From Octopus vulgaris (Eukaryota): a stretch of DNA of 64,000 nucleotides. Position numbers and translations under genes: made by a program. Of this stretch, positions 38,105 through 50,907 are shown in pieces (position 1 is the first letter of the stretch; the number at the start of each line of letters is the position of its first letter). The notes under the pieces are model-generated. The model saw only the letters and a list, made by a program, of their open reading frames with translations, ran no database searches and had not been told where the DNA came from. The stretch lies in NCBI GenBank assembly GCA_951406725.2, contig OX597816.1, positions 111,724,001 through 111,788,000 of the forward strand, given 5' to 3'.

Positions 38105-39811
38105 GTTACAAGCTAGCCAACTAGTCCCTTTGTTATCACCCAACCTGCTAAATATAGTACCAATCTTGATTATATTAAAATAGATAGGCTGTCTCAATAT
38201 ATTCACAAAATGAAGACAATCAATAAACAATGTAATCCCTAATATACAAATTGTCACATATTACATTTACATATATATATATATATACATATACATACAT
38301 ATACATACATATATATATATAATATATATATAAAGTAATATACACAATAATTTTCAATTTCTAAAAAAATCCATGAGAAATAAAAGCAGTAAAAGAGTAT
38401 AAGTAATAAAAAAAATATTCTGTCAGCTTCTAGTTATTTTCTTGTTTTATTCTTTTATCAATATATAAAATCTGTACACTACTACAAACATGCTATACAT
38501 ATGTGGGTGGACATACAGATACACACACACATATATATATGATTCAATTTAATATATTCCTAAAGTCACAATGAAATGCAAGCAATTTGTTTCCTTTACT
38601 ATCTCAGTCATTCACACAGCTCAGCTTATAAAGGTTTCAATCCACAGAGCATATAATAGTTTCAAACTACATCAATCTGCCAAGATTCAATTTGAGTGCA
38701 TGCAAATTTTATGAGTGCTTCCCCTTCATTTCTTACTAAATAATAATAATAATAATAATGATAAAAGGATTTTTTTTTTCTTATGAATCAATTGATGTTA
38801 ATAGATTTGCTTAAGAACACAAAAGCTACTTTGGAAAATGCACCCACAACAGGCCATGAACATGCTGTCTGGTACGTCAGCCCATTTTTCAGTTAGCTGC
38901 AAACAATGACAAATAAAACTTATACATCTTGACTTCTGACAGATAATGGATTTAAGATACATGTATAATCTACATTTTCTGTCATTTTCTCTGATGTCTT
39001 TGAAGCTTTGACCAAAGTATTATTAGAATGAGAAGTAGCCAACCATATTAAGTCTGTAATGCCTGTAATTCTTTCACATCTCTTCTGAATCATCAGCTGT
39101 GACAATTGGCTGCTAGTAATTCAGAAGAGACATGAAAGCATTAACAATATTAACGATTTGATATACTTGGTTTGATCTCAAACTAATAATCTTATGTATC
39201 AGCGTATATACCAGTATATGATGCCTGAAAACAAATATATTTGTCTTCAGATATACAGGAATTGTTACGTTAACTTCAGTTTGGTGTTTGGTTTTGCATC
39301 AAGAAAATGGTCATTTATTAAAATTCCTCCTAAACAGACTTCTTAAATTTGAAAGATAAAAACATTTCAAAGGGAGTATTTTGGTTTCTTTTTTTTTTTT
39401 TTTGTTCAAGTACAGCAAAAGTACATACATCTGAGTTAATAGTGTGGGTACTGTCACAATTCGCCAATAAATTGTCATTTCAGATTGTATCATCAGTAAT
39501 ATGTCTCTATGACATAGGCACTTAGCTCTCTATGGCTGAGTACGCTTGCTTTATGAAGTATCATAGTTAGTTGCTGTTGTTTTGTTATTGTTGTTGTTTA
39601 GCCCTAGGCTATCTGTGATCAAGTAGACCTATAACCAAAAGTGTTTCAACAATAACTGTCATGTTCTTTTGTATATTAGGGCTTACATTGTTTATTGATT
39701 GCCTTCATTTTGTGAATATATTGAGACAGCCTATGTATTTTAATATAATCAAGACCGCTACTATACTTAGCAGGTTGAGTGATAAAAAAGGGACTAGCTG
39801 GCTAGCTTGTA
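38105..39811. repeat. Inverted pair of an unclassified repeat of about 145 bp (38105-38250 / 39668-39811)
   Basis: The ORF track gives near-identical peptides on opposite strands (CILG.TLFIDCLHFVNILRQP.YFNIIK...GTSWLAC). Confidence 0.8.
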
Positions 39812-41579
39812 TCAAAATTGGTATAACTAAGTGCTGTGAGCAACAGTGCAGTGTAATTACTAAGCAGTTTATTAGTTTGTTAGTTTAGAATGCAGGGATT
39901 AGATTTTCATATGAGAGATTCTTCTTCAATATTCTAACTATCCTCTGTTTAATGCTGCAGAAATCAAAGCTTAATCTCCAGCCCATGAATCAATGAGTCG
40001 ACCCTTATGTGGTTACTTAACTTGCTAGAAATTGCAGCTGAATCTCTTTTCTTGCCGACTGGCATGAATCTTTCCCTGTTCCCTGTTATACTCCCTCCAC
40101 CCCACCACCAATTAGTGCCTGTTCTACTACAATGTTACTTTCTCCTCTACTTCACAATCACAAAGATAAATCTGTTTATTTCATCTTATTTATCCTTACT
40201 CATCCCCTGCCTAGAATCATCATTTTCCTGTCTAATCTCCCTCAATTACAGGGACCTAAAGTGGTCCCAATAACCTGTAAGTTATGAAGCAATCCTTACA
40301 AGTATTGATTCCACAATAATAGTACCCTGTATACTCTTTAAATAGATAAATGTTAGGAAGGGCATCCAACCATAGAAACTATACTAAAGTATGCATTGGA
40401 TCATGATACAGAACTCCAACTCATCAGATTTTCTCATACCATCAAAACTATGACAGCATGAAAGGCACACATTAAATGATGATGAAGTGGGAGGAGGTGG
40501 AGAATCACAACTTAAAGTCAAATACGAAGACATCATACTGGTCAATATAGTCCTATATATCATGATATACTCCCGAGGCTCCAGCTTGACCGAGTGGTAA
40601 GAAGTTCCCTTCAATCATGATAGCACATGTTTAATGCTGCTGCATGCCATATTGAACAAGAGTCCTTTACCACAGCTTCAAGTCATCTCAAGTGTTGTGA
40701 GTAAAACTGGGTGGTTAAAAACTATGGAAGCCCATCAGATACATTGTACCTGCATTTCAAAGGTACAACCTTATCACACACAGCCTCATGTTGATTCTAT
40801 TTAAGAATCATATCAAGTTTAGATGTGTCTGTGGAATATTCAGCCACATATTTTCTAACTTAATGAATAAGTAATTCAACTTATCAAACAGTTGAACACT
40901 TGTCATTGAAACCAACAAAGATCCATTTAGCTATTTTCATTTATTTATGCAGACATGGTTGTGAAGTAAGAAGTTTGTTTTCCAATCATATAATTCTAGG
41001 TTTGGTCTTACTGTGTGTCTACTATAGCCTCAAGCTGATCAAAGCCTTGTGACTGGATCGGGGAGTGGGAAGTAAACTTAATGTATGAAGTGGAAATTCA
41101 TTTGACTAAAATTCTACAAGGTGGTGCTCCAGCATGGCTGCAGTCTAATGACTGAAATAAGTAAAAATCAAAAGGTACCTAGGTTTAAACAATAATAACA
41201 TTTATAGTTTGAAAACTGTTTAGCTTTTAGCCAACATTCACAAGCAGCAACAATCTATAGTGTCATTATATGACTTGGATTTTTTGTATTAGCCATGTGA
41301 CAGACAAGAAATTACATTAGCTTCTTACTGAACTCTCCACTCAAACTTAATTAATCCATTCTTCTGCTAGATTCTGGAAAGTAGATGAAAATGTTTAATC
41401 CACATGTTGATACATTAACTTATCTTAGTTACTTGGTCTTTCTGAAAGTACATTCCAGTCATTCTATCTGCTAAACCCTTCCCTGCGTGCAAGATTTTAT
41501 CATCATTTGTTTTATAGGTTTTTTTTTTGCTTGTTTTTTTTTTTCTCTTCTCATAGTTTTGCTTCTGTTATGTAGTTAA

Positions 41580-41791
41580 TCCTTTTGTGATACCATATTT
41601 CTGTTGACATATATTACTTTATTTCTATTTGAAAGATGATGAAGAGTTTAGTAAAAAAAAACATTTTTTATAGATTTGATGCTAAACAAAATAACATGAA
41701 ATTTTGATGCAAGGCTTAAGTTTAGACTTTAAACCAAATAGATTGTATCATAGAACCAGGGCCAGTCTTAGGCAAGTTGGTATCAAAGAGG
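41580..41791. mobile_element. TTAA-flanked MITE
   Basis: TTAA|tccttttgtgatacca ... tggtatcaaagagg|TTAA, an imperfect TIR. Confidence 0.65.
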
Positions 41792-41909
41792 TTAAATAAG
41801 CTAAATTCTAATGCACTGAATTATTGTAGACAAAAAATTACTTCTAATTAAAACTTCTCCCTTATTTAGAGAAAGAAAAGTGAAATCAAAATCAAAATCA
41901 AATTTGATA

Positions 41910-42365
41910 AATGACATCCATGCTAGTGGAGCGCTAAGAGCACCATACAAGCATGATCATTGCCAGAGCAACAAGCTGGCCTCCGTGCCAATGGCACGTA
42001 AAAAGCACCATTCAAGAGTGATCATTACCTGCATCGCCTTACTGGCACTTGTTCTGGTGGCACGTGAAAAAACATTCAAGTGAGGTCGTTGTCAGTGCTG
42101 CTGGACTGGCTCCTGTGCAGGTGGCACATAAAAAGCACCATTTGAACATGGCCACTGCCAATACTGCCTGACTGGCCCTTGTGCCGGTGACACGTAAAAG
42201 CACCCACTACACTCACAGAGTGGTTGACATTAGGAAGGGCATCCAGCTGTAGAAACTCTACCAGATCAAGACTGGAGTCTGGTGCAGAAATCTGATTCGC
42301 AAAGCCTCAGTCAAATCGTCCAGCCCATGCAAGCATGGAAAGCGGACGTTAATCGATGATGATGA
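41910..42365 (+). mobile_element. SINE family D with four internal units of about 65 bp
   Basis: A ggcacgtaaaaagcacc-like unit occurs at about 41992, 42058, 42122 and 42188, then the D tail and (GAT)n. Confidence 0.85.
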
Positions 42366-43784
42366 AAAGGAAATCCTAGAAGAAAGTGATAGCAACTCAT
42401 TGAAAAAGGGAGATAATTTCAAGTACTCAACTTTCGAAGTTAACTTAGATACATAGGGCTTAGAAGAAAATAAGTCTTTGTTTACAGGCAAGCTAATGTA
42501 TAAGTTACAGCATGCTGTATACAAAAATTTCCTAATTGAAAATGCTTATTTATATGATGAAAGAAAACAAAGCTCTAATGGCAACTAAGTTTAGTTTGCT
42601 GGCTCACTGCCCAGCCCTCCAGCTACTGATGAAGGTATACTTTTCCAAATGAGTAAGAAACTTGAACTCAACATTTCAAGTTAATCAGCATTGAAATCTC
42701 TCAACAATTACACATCAGTGATCTCCTATTTTCCCTTACAAGTTACATCTGCTTTTGGTAAGTTGAATATAGCTATTATATACTATGTTGTATAGAAATG
42801 AACACAACACAATGTAAGAAGCACAAGCCAAAGGAAGAACTTCTTCATAGTCAATCAAGATGCCAGAAATAGCAAGTAGGTTCTCTCAGTTATCAAAATT
42901 CAAAATCAGAATATATGTAATCAATTATTATAATTTACCTCTCTAATAGTTTGCAAATTGGCAGAGCCAGAAGAACGTAGAACAAAATGATATGCAATTT
43001 TTACTTAAACTCTGTTCTCTGAATTCCAATATTGCCAAAGACATCTTTGTCTCTCAACCTTTTAGAGTTAATAAAATGAAGTGCCAGTCTATGGTGATGG
43101 AATTGGTAGAATAAGTAGAGCCTGGTGGTATCTGTTCTGGTTTTTGGTGATCTGAATTCTTGGGTAGCAGGCTTCATCCTGTAACCAGTTTAACACCATT
43201 ATCTGGCCTTTGGGTGTCTCTAATAAAGTTTACTCTACTGCATATTTTGAAATAAGAAGGAAACACTATAAATGTACTTAAAAAATAAAAACAATTTAAA
43301 AATAACAAGAGAGTCATTTACAGCTGCTATGTCACTGATCAAGTCTTTGCAATCAGAGTCAAACTGGATCTAAACAAGAGCGATATAAACAGCTCTTTAA
43401 GCAATAGATTATAAACTGAAATGTTCAAATTCGATCACTGCCAATTGAGGAATAAACAAATAAATAAACATAAATTTTAAAAAATAGATAAATAGAAATA
43501 GTTATGTCATCTTGCATGCAGTGTTAAATTTATCTTCCATCTTGATATTGTGGTAATAGAGACCACCCAATCTTGGATTGAAAATGACTGGTGCCTACTT
43601 CTATTTTACTTTAGTAATCTAAGAAAGATGTTTTAGCCTGCAGCAATTCCTGCACACCATCATCATTTTCAGTAATTTTCATACCATTTTTGCCTTCCTT
43701 TTTCTTTTAACCTTTTTAACAGTTTTTTTTCTTTATCTTTTTTATTTTTATTCATTTTTTTATTTGCTTAGTTGTTCATATATT

Positions 43785-43885
43785 TGTATGTACGTATGTA
43801 TGTATGTATGTATGTATGTATGTACGTATGTATGTATGTATGTATGTATGTATGTATGTATGTATGTATGTATGTATGTATGTAT
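43785..43885. repeat. (TATG)n microsatellite
   Basis: Direct reading. Confidence 0.95.
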
Positions 43886-44279
43886 TGCGTAAAAATCAAT
43901 TTTAACAAAAGTATCTCTGTGTAGTATGGGAGTCATTTAGGCATTAATTCCAATCTCTGCAAGCACAGACATAAATATTCCACTATATCATATCATTAAT
44001 CATCCTGATGTCACTACTGTCTCCTGGGTTTGTTACTATGACCAAGACTTTCTCTTTTTAGTATCAACAAAGCACCAGATTGGGAAGTGTTATTTATTAA
44101 GAGATGTTATTAAGCCACCAACCCTTTCACTTGATGGCTACAATGCTTATGACAGCATTTAGTTTATCTTGCTTTCCTTGTTGTCTTCCTTATTCCTATA
44201 GTTCTTTAACACTTGGTTTGTATGGTATCACAGACCATCATGTCTCTCCATCACTTTGATAGATAAACTGTGGTTATTG

Positions 44280-44705
44280 ATGTTGTTATTCAGACATAGG
44301 TCAATCAACTCTGATTGAGTAAACTTACAGTCAAAGGCATTCCAACCATGACTACCAAGTCTTATTGGAGACAAGTATGACTATATTATCCAATGTGGCT
44401 ATTCCTTTCTCAAGATGGCAACTTTGATTTGCATGAGATTTGGTTGCTATTTTTAGCAGATTGTGTGACAATATAGAGGCACATTCATTACTGTCTTTTT
44501 TTTTGTTTTAGCTCCAAGTCTGTCCTACTCAAGCAGAACTATGATCAAAGGCATTCCATTCATAATCATCATCTTATTCTTTTGTGCAAAGAACTCAAGA
44601 CCATATTATCTTATGTCCTTTCCACAAAATTTTAGGGTATAATTTGAGGGAAGTTTGACTGCTCTTTTTAGCTAGTTGAAAGACCATGTACAGGCTCCCT
44701 GGTTG
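44280..44705 (+). mobile_element. Two tandem copies of an old dispersed repeat (family E)
   Basis: The block (g)tcaaaggcattcca...attatc...gatttgg/gtttgactgct...ttagc occurs twice. Related decayed copies lie near 745, 1020, 14730, 28400, 39590, 52930 (-) and 55980 (-). Confidence 0.6.
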
Positions 44706-45084
44706 ATTCATCTGGTAGATAAAACATCATTATCATCATCTTTAAAGTCCATCTTCCATGTAGGCGTGGGTTGGAAACCTAGAAAGCATTAATGTTTCTA
44801 ATTAAGAGTCTATTATACTTACTCCTTATTTGTTTCCGTCATTAGATTGCACCCATGCTGGAGCACTGTCTTGAGGAAATTTAATCAAACAAATCGACCT
44901 CATTTATTTATTTTTTTGTAAGCCTGGTATTTAACTTTTTCGTCTCTTTTGCTGAACAAGGATGTAAACACACCATCACTAGTTGTAAAGTGGTGGGGGG
45001 AAGCAGATAGAGATACAAAGACAGACAGACACACACACATAATACATACATACATATGTATACATAACCTCCAAAGAGAATTTG

Positions 45085-45410
45085 TGGCCAGTGCCCCTGG
45101 TTTTTGACCAGTACCCCCTGACAGGCTCCCATGTTCCAGTGGCACGTAAAATGCATCATCCGAACGTAAACAATGCCAGTGTTCCCTGACTGGCTCCCGT
45201 GCCAGTGGCACATAAAAAGCACCATCCAAACGTGATCGATGCCAGTGTCCCCTAACTGGCTCCTGTATCAGTAGCATGTAAAAAGCACCCACTACACTCT
45301 CGGAATGGTTGGCATTAGGAAGGGCATCCAGCTGTAGAGACCTGTAAAAACGATCTAACCCAGGCCAGCATGGAAAACGGACGTTAAATGATGATGATGA
45401 GGATGATGAT
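45085..45410 (+). mobile_element. SINE family D with three internal units
   Basis: ggcacgtaaaa units at about 45140, 45207 and 45273, then ggaagggcatccagctgtag...cggacgttaaatgatgatg. Confidence 0.85.
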
Positions 45411-45476
45411 ATATATATATATATATATATAAATTTATAATCAAATGAATAATAACATACGATGGGTAAGTGTCAG

Positions 45477-45560
45477 CTCATTACAGCTGTTTCTTACATA
45501 ACTTTTAATAGAAGAATGAGAACATTACATTATTATAAAAGACTGTAAACACCAGATGAG
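45477..45560 (-). ncRNA. Type I HHR, core mutated (CUGGUGU)
   Basis: CUCAU-CUGGUGU-UUACA...UGUAA-GAAA-CAGCUG-UA^AUGAG. It lies in an island of about 130 bp between (TA)n tracts. Confidence 0.7.
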
Positions 45561-45595
<35 letters not shown>

Positions 45596-45934
45596 CCAGC
45601 TTGCCTACCAGCAGGGTGGCTCATTCAAAAGCCAAAACAAAGCAAAGGTCATTATCACCTATGATGTATAACAACATTCAATAGTTTGGTCAATGCCATG
45701 ATATATAAATATATATATATATATACATTCAATAAGAGGTTAAACTAGCCTCATTAAGGGATGGTATTATCCAATGAATTACTGGTTCAACACCTAATAT
45801 TTGTTGTGAATAATAATATTCATAAAACAATAAGTTTATATATAAGCCATTGTTTATAATCATTCAAAAGAAAATAAGTAAATGGGGATATAACATTTGA
45901 TCAAAATTTATTATCTGCAAAAATCAAACATAGT

Positions 45935-46015
45935 CCCTTACAGCTGTTTCAATTAAGCCTAAAAAGATTAAATAGCAATTACTGAAATCATATTATGCAA
46001 AATCTCTTCAGAGGG
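45935..46015 (-). ncRNA. Type I HHR, intact core, long stem II
   Basis: CCCU-CUGAAGA-GAUU...AAUU-GAAA-CAGCUG-UA^AGGG. Confidence 0.8.
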
Positions 46016-46314
46016 GTAGAAAAAAGATATGCTGTTAGGTTACGTGTCGCATTTTAGAATCACCAGAGCAGACTGAATATTATTTTATAGCTAATATTGT
46101 TATATGCCTGGGTTAGGGGGTTATAGGTTGTTTTAGTGGGTAATGGATATGTGAATATAATTAGAGTAATAATGGGAAAATAAATAGAGATTGGATAGTA
46201 AATTACAGTGAAGAAGAATATCATATGAATGAGGAGATAAAATAAATACATAGTACGTTGTATATAAAATTGAGAGAAACTTATATAAAAATAATACATT
46301 CATCTTTTAATTAG

Positions 46315-46727
46315 TACATATATATATATACATACATACACACACACATATATACACACACACACACACATATATATATACATATATATAGATATACACA
46401 TCTAAATATAAATATATGCATATATATAAATATATATGCACCCATACACATCATATAAAGACCTACACATATATATGTATATACACATAGACATATATAT
46501 TTATATATACAGACATATACATACACACCCACGTGTCAATGCTTATATATATCATACATAACATAAAGCGTGTACACCCTTATATATATATATATGCATA
46601 TATACATGTATATACAGATAAGCAAGTAAGTACATAAATACGAATGATATGTACACACACACTCAAAATATTATACACTCACCCCTAAAAAATAATATTG
46701 GTATGGACCACATATGTGATTATTTTC

Positions 46728-46773
<46 letters not shown>

Positions 46774-46775
46774 TA
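46315..46775. repeat. (TA)/(CA)/(TACA) microsatellite complex
   Basis: Direct reading. Confidence 0.9.
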
Positions 46776-46797
46776 TCAGAACATTTATAAAGAGAAA

Positions 46798-46845
46798 GTC
46801 TTACAGCTGTTTCCGGGATATTTTATATATCCCTTCATCAGAGAC
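46798..46845 (-). ncRNA. Minimal type I HHR, intact core
   Basis: GUCU-CUGAUGA-A-GGGAUAU-auaaa-AUAUCCC-G-GAAA-CAGCUG-UA^AGAC. Stem II has 7 bp and an A-G mismatch at its base. Confidence 0.88.
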
Positions 46846-47153
46846 AGTATGAGAAAATGGTTAAGCAATAGTTATTCTAGAGAAGATATGAAATAGAGAG
46901 TGAAGAGGGGGAATGAAAACAGGCATCTGTTTTCATTCTTGGTCAGCTTGGAGCTATAGTAAAAGATCCTAATCCAAAGTGCCATGCAGAGGGACTGAAC
47001 CTAAAACCATATGGTTGCAAATCTTCATGCTGTGCAGCCACACCTGCACCATCTCTATTACATAGAGATTCTTCATATCTTAAATTTATCATCCTTATAG
47101 TAATGTAGAATTTTCATGCACTTCATCATTATGGCACAAGGCCTGGTGGTTAA

Positions 47154-49498
47154 CCCTTGGTCTACCAAAGAAAATCTATGTCATTAATTACCAACTGGGT
47201 CCAATATTTTTCTTTTATTTAAATTTTATTCAGACTACCACTATTTCTTATATTCTATTAGGAGAATAAAGAATTACTGTTTCTCACAAATTTTAATACA
47301 AAAATACAGCTTACAGAATATATTTTAAATTTAAAAAATTACAAAAATTCAGAATTACAGCTCTTTATGGCAGTGAGTGCAGACAACATTGGAATGTTCT
47401 TGGCAAACAAGATTGTCTTCTTTTCTTGTTTGGTTGAGAAATTTTAGCACAACTAGAAGATTGTTTGTCAAGTTCTTGTTAGCTTTAACTCCAGCAAGTT
47501 CCTTTCCTAACTGAATTAGGCACTGTCTTCTTTTATCCTTGAAACTTTGCAAATGAAGCTGTTTAGCAACAATGAAAGCATTTACTGCACTTATGTCAAT
47601 CATGTTGTAGAATATAACCGAAGGCCATCTTTGAGTCATTCTTTTGCAAGTGCATATCCTTACCATCTTATCTAGGCTATCTACTCTTCCTTTTGTTTTG
47701 TTGTAACATGTAATAACTTCAGGTTTCTTTTCAACACTTTTTGAATCAATTGAAGGATGAGAGTGCATTGTACTCATAAGTGTGACAACATAATTTTTCT
47801 TGGGGCAATGAGATAGGATCATAGAATCCTTTTGAAATCCAAATATTGTGCTGTTGATTTCTCTTTCTTTTCCATTTGTGAAAGCACTTGGACGTTTGAC
47901 TCTGTTCTTTCTAATTATTTCAACTAAAGTAGTTTTCTTGCTAAGCAGCTTTTTAGCCAATCCTACACTTGTAAAAGAATTATCACAAGTTATATTACAA
48001 CCTGTATTTTCAAGTTCTTTTACTAGGTCTTCAACAAATCTTGAACCTTGATTTGTCTCTCTCTCTCTCTTTTACTGGGTCTTTTCCAGTGTAGATTTGC
48101 ATTTTACAAGCATAAGGTGTTTCACTGTCACATATTGCACAAATTTTAATTCCATATTTCCCTGGTTTTGAAGGAATATGTACCCAGAATAGGTAGCGCC
48201 CTCTGAAGGAGTTAATCAATTGTCATGCATGAACTTGGAACATATCTATCTTGTAAATTATGATTCCACATTTCAAATACTTCTCTTAACGGCTCCAATT
48301 TATCATCACTTCTCTTTTTTTGTTTTTGCACTAGCATCATCAAAACGCAATACTTGTAAAACCAGTTGAAATCTTCCCCAGCTCATAATTTTGTTGAAGA
48401 TTGGGTGGCCATCTTATTGACTCTATAACTGTGTGACATTTTCATGTTTAGATTTATAAACACCTATAAGAATAATCAGTCCAATAAATTTCTTTACTTG
48501 AGAGTGATCAACTTTCTTCCATTTGTCTTTGTAAACAACCTGACCTTCAAGAATTACTTGAAGATTCTGGTGCATAAAGATAGTAAAACATGTTTCAATG
48601 CTATCACAAGACCGTTTAGCAAAATGAGATGGTCCACATTTTTGGTGCACAATATTGCAAGATGAAGTTCTTACTGCTGCTTGGGGAAGAGGATTAGAAT
48701 GCCAAACTTCTTGTCTGCCTCTAGAAACATTGCTCATTCATAATTGGGTGGCTTGCAGATAATTGTTTTTGAGTATCTTCATCATCTGATGACACAGAAC
48801 CTAAACTGTCCAGCACACAATCACTTTCGCCATCATCTTCAGAGCAATAGAAGGAATCATGCTATCTTCTTCCCATTCTTCTTTTAATTCCAATAACCTT
48901 TTTGATATTTGGTCTTCACCCAAGTTTTCACATCTTGGCACACTGGAAAACACAACTGAACTATGTGAAACTTGTTAGAAGACCAAAGGCAGATATTGCT
49001 CTCTCACATATTTATGCTCTCCTGAAAGATGATACGATATATTGTAAGAATTGTGTCATCACATAGAAATATTGCACCACCCTATATCCTAGCAGATTGA
49101 AGGTGATGTAGTACCACACAAATTTGCAGGAATATTTTTATAATTTTTTCCTATTTTATCTAAAATTCAGCAAATATATTGAATACAATTTTATCTATTT
49201 TATATCTGATAAATATCTAGGAAAATAATATTTGATACTGATTTTATTCTGTTTAGAATGGCAAGAGTATTGTCTGAATGTAATTCAAGGGTCTAATGGA
49301 CCCAAACGGTAATTAATGTATAAAGTGAAATTTTATAGCTTTTATGAGCATATGGAAAATTTCCCATTTGATAAATAAAAGAGAGTCAAGAAAATACAAA
49401 TGTCATGAGAAATCAGCAGAATCAAATAATATAAACAGTAGGGAAAAGCAACTGAAAAAACTGAAATGGGTCCATTGGATCCTTTGGTAGACAGAAGG
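47154..49498 (-). mobile_element. Full-length piggyBac DNA transposon (2345 bp), decayed
   Basis: TTAA TSDs at 47150-47153 and 49499-49502. Imperfect TIRs cccttggtctaccaaag / ctttggtagacagaagg, and subterminal gggtc...gaccc palindromes. Confidence 0.92.
47355..48930 (-). pseudogene. piggyBac transposase pseudogene (PGBD4-like)
   Basis: Fragments IPSKPGKYGIKI, MQIYTGK, NITCDNSFTS, YNKTKGRVDSLD, RWPSVIFYNMIDISAVNAFI and a Cys-rich tail, split over several frames. Confidence 0.9.
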
Positions 49499-49819
49499 TT
49501 AATGTGCTGAGCTCCTTACCCTAAAGTCTTGGATTCAATGTTTCTATTAAGTGGTACATTGTCTCCTTGTGCAAGGTACCTCCTTTCCCACGGTTTTTGT
49601 TTATTCAACTGAAAATTAGAACACACCAAGAGTTGGTACGACCCTCATTCACTCCAACTGCAACTGCCTCAATGTACTGCTTGATCAAAGTGTAGGAAGG
49701 ATGAGAATGTATCTATATCTGTTCACGGTTACAAAGTTACATAAAACAATTTGTAAAAGGAAGGTATCTGCTACCAGGTCATACTCATTTGCAAATGATG
49801 TTTATGGTTTACAGTGCAG

Positions 49820-49987
49820 ATAGGATTGTGCAGTTAATAGTATGCTTTGCAACTGTATGGTTTTGAGTTCTGCATCACTGCATGGCATGGCACACTGGGA
49901 AAGTGTCGTCTACTACAGCGCCCTGCTAACCAAAGCCTTGCTAGTGGATTTAGTAGATGGAAACTGAAAGAAGCCTCTGTGTGTCTC

Positions 49988-50022
<35 letters not shown>

Positions 50023-50250
50023 CTTGTTCTCCTGATGTTGTATGGGAGTTGTAAGTGAGCTTCACCATCATGTAAGTAATGTCATTCATTTTTGGTCTTT
50101 CTTGAAAACTTGCCTAACTATTGAGAAAATATTACCATGCTTGGAAACAGGTGAGGGTTAGCAACAGGAAGAGTATCCAGTCAGAGAAAATTTGCCTCAG
50201 TGAATTCCATTTGACCCATATAAGTATGGAAAGGTGGATGTTAAAACGAT
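49820..50250 (+). mobile_element. SINE family B with (TG)n and D-like tail
   Basis: ggaaagtgtcgtctactacagc...accaaagccttgctagtggatttagtagatggaaactgaaagaagcc, with tail ggaaacaggtgaggg...ggatgttaaaacgat. Confidence 0.75.
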
Positions 50251-50693
50251 TATGGTGAAGGATAAAGAACACCCAATAATGCTGTTACTAATATTCCATC
50301 AACAAATGATTAAAAAATAAAGGAAGAAGCTTTTCCCTTCTTTCTTTTGAGGTCAATAAATAAAGTACCAGCCTGGTACAGTGGAGTGATGAAACTGTCA
50401 GAGAATCAACCAGGTTGCTTTGTTGTATCTGATCTGGTTTTTTGCATTCTGAATTCAGCTTCTTCCCCATAATACTGGCCTCCTTGTAGTGGGAAGTTGA
50501 TCATTCAGGATCCTAATAATAACAGGTCTTCTGTCTCAGATGGCACAATGTGCCAACTGGAATGACATCTCAGCTATATCTGTCGAACGAAATGTACTCT
50601 GCACAAAGTGCTGTTAACACACGGACAGAAAAAATATTGAAGTCAAAAGGTATGAGTCTGTTCACATAGATCATCCCAGACAAGTGAAACTGA

Positions 50694-50907
50694 AGTTCTT
50701 TTCTACTCTAGGCACAAGGGGCGAAATTTCAGAGAGGGGGCAGTCGATTAGATCGACTCAGTATGCAACTGGTATTTTAATTTATCGACCCCAGAAGGAT
50801 GAAAGGAAAAATCGACCTCAGTGGAATTTGAACTCAGAATGTAAAGATTGATGAAATACCGCTAAGCATTTCACCCAGCATGCTAACGTTCTGCCAGCTT
50901 GCCACCT
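50694..50907 (-). mobile_element. Full-length SINE family A with TSD tgaaactga
   Basis: TSD at 50685-50693 and 50908-50916. Confidence 0.85.

Noticed and set aside
41990-42210. Regularly spaced repeats of about 17 nt resembling a CRISPR array
   Set aside because: The spacers are homologous to each other, the context is a eukaryotic SINE, and there are no cas genes.
50540-50617. Short ORF MAQCANWNDISAISVERNVLCTKCC after an acceptor-like site
   Set aside because: Only 25 aa, with no recognisable homology or supporting exons.
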